NCBI GenBank assembly: GCA_013239625.1
Contig: MU054391.1
Location: forward strand, 4,359,824-4,423,823
Direction of reading: 5' to 3'
DNA: 64,000 bases
Source: Lama guanicoe
Lineage: Eukaryota
The notes under the pieces were generated by a model that had not been told where the DNA came from, ran no database searches, and saw nothing but the letters and a program-made list of their open reading frames with translations. Below, piece after piece: positions 63,721 to 64,000 of this stretch. A program made the translations under genes and the position numbers. Each line of letters opens with the position of its first letter. The stretch's first letter is position 1.

Positions 63721-64000
63721 GACTGCTGGGGAGGCGGCTTGCTCCGACACAAGCGCAGAGCCAGCCTTAAGAAACCTGGGGCGGCGGTGCCCGGCCCCGT
63801 CTCTGGCTCCTCCCTCGCACACTGCCAACCTCCCTGCTTTCCTCTGCTTCCCCCACCCCAGCCAAGCCTCGTGTTTCTGTCTAGAGCGACCCTATGGCAT
63901 CTTGGTATATGGTTTGTTGTCCACGTGATGCGTGACCGGCCGCATCGGGACGCGTGTGGAGCGTAAGACGGAAACGACTGGCAGCCGCGCAGGGACGCAG
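63721..64000. other. CpG-rich segment (possible CpG island edge) running off the window
   Basis: 23 CpG counted in 280 bp, GC-rich. Confidence 0.6.

Noticed and set aside
1..64000. CRISPR array, operon or prokaryotic defence system
   Set aside because: No regularly spaced direct repeats and no dense long ORFs. The sequence is mammalian repeat-rich DNA.

Overview
Mammalian nuclear DNA, intronic or intergenic in character. It is most likely from a camelid, because it carries two tRNA-derived Vic-1-type SINEs and cetartiodactyl/camelid-type L1 3' ends. I recognise no intact protein-coding gene, RNA gene, CRISPR array or prokaryotic system, and the ORF track looks like chance ORFs. Much of the window is decayed interspersed repeat: L1 of several ages, L2, MIR, MaLR/ERVL solo LTRs and hAT MER elements, several with visible target-site duplications (TSDs) and nesting. 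These are interleaved with unique, motif-rich blocks that look like enhancers. The most notable observations are: (1) a well-preserved relic of an ancient CR1-clade LINE at about 36.7-37.0 kb (minus); (2) a ~1.2 kb coding-like, stop- and frameshift-riddled fossil at 26.6-27.9 kb (minus), possibly a dead terminal exon; (3) a promoter-like cluster with a 70-nt hairpin and a strong splice donor at 53.3-53.85 kb (minus); (4) CpG gain inside an L1 3' UTR running into a CpG-rich window edge, which suggests GC-biased gene conversion. Repeat subfamily names come from memory of consensus sequences, and boundaries are approximate unless a TSD is given.
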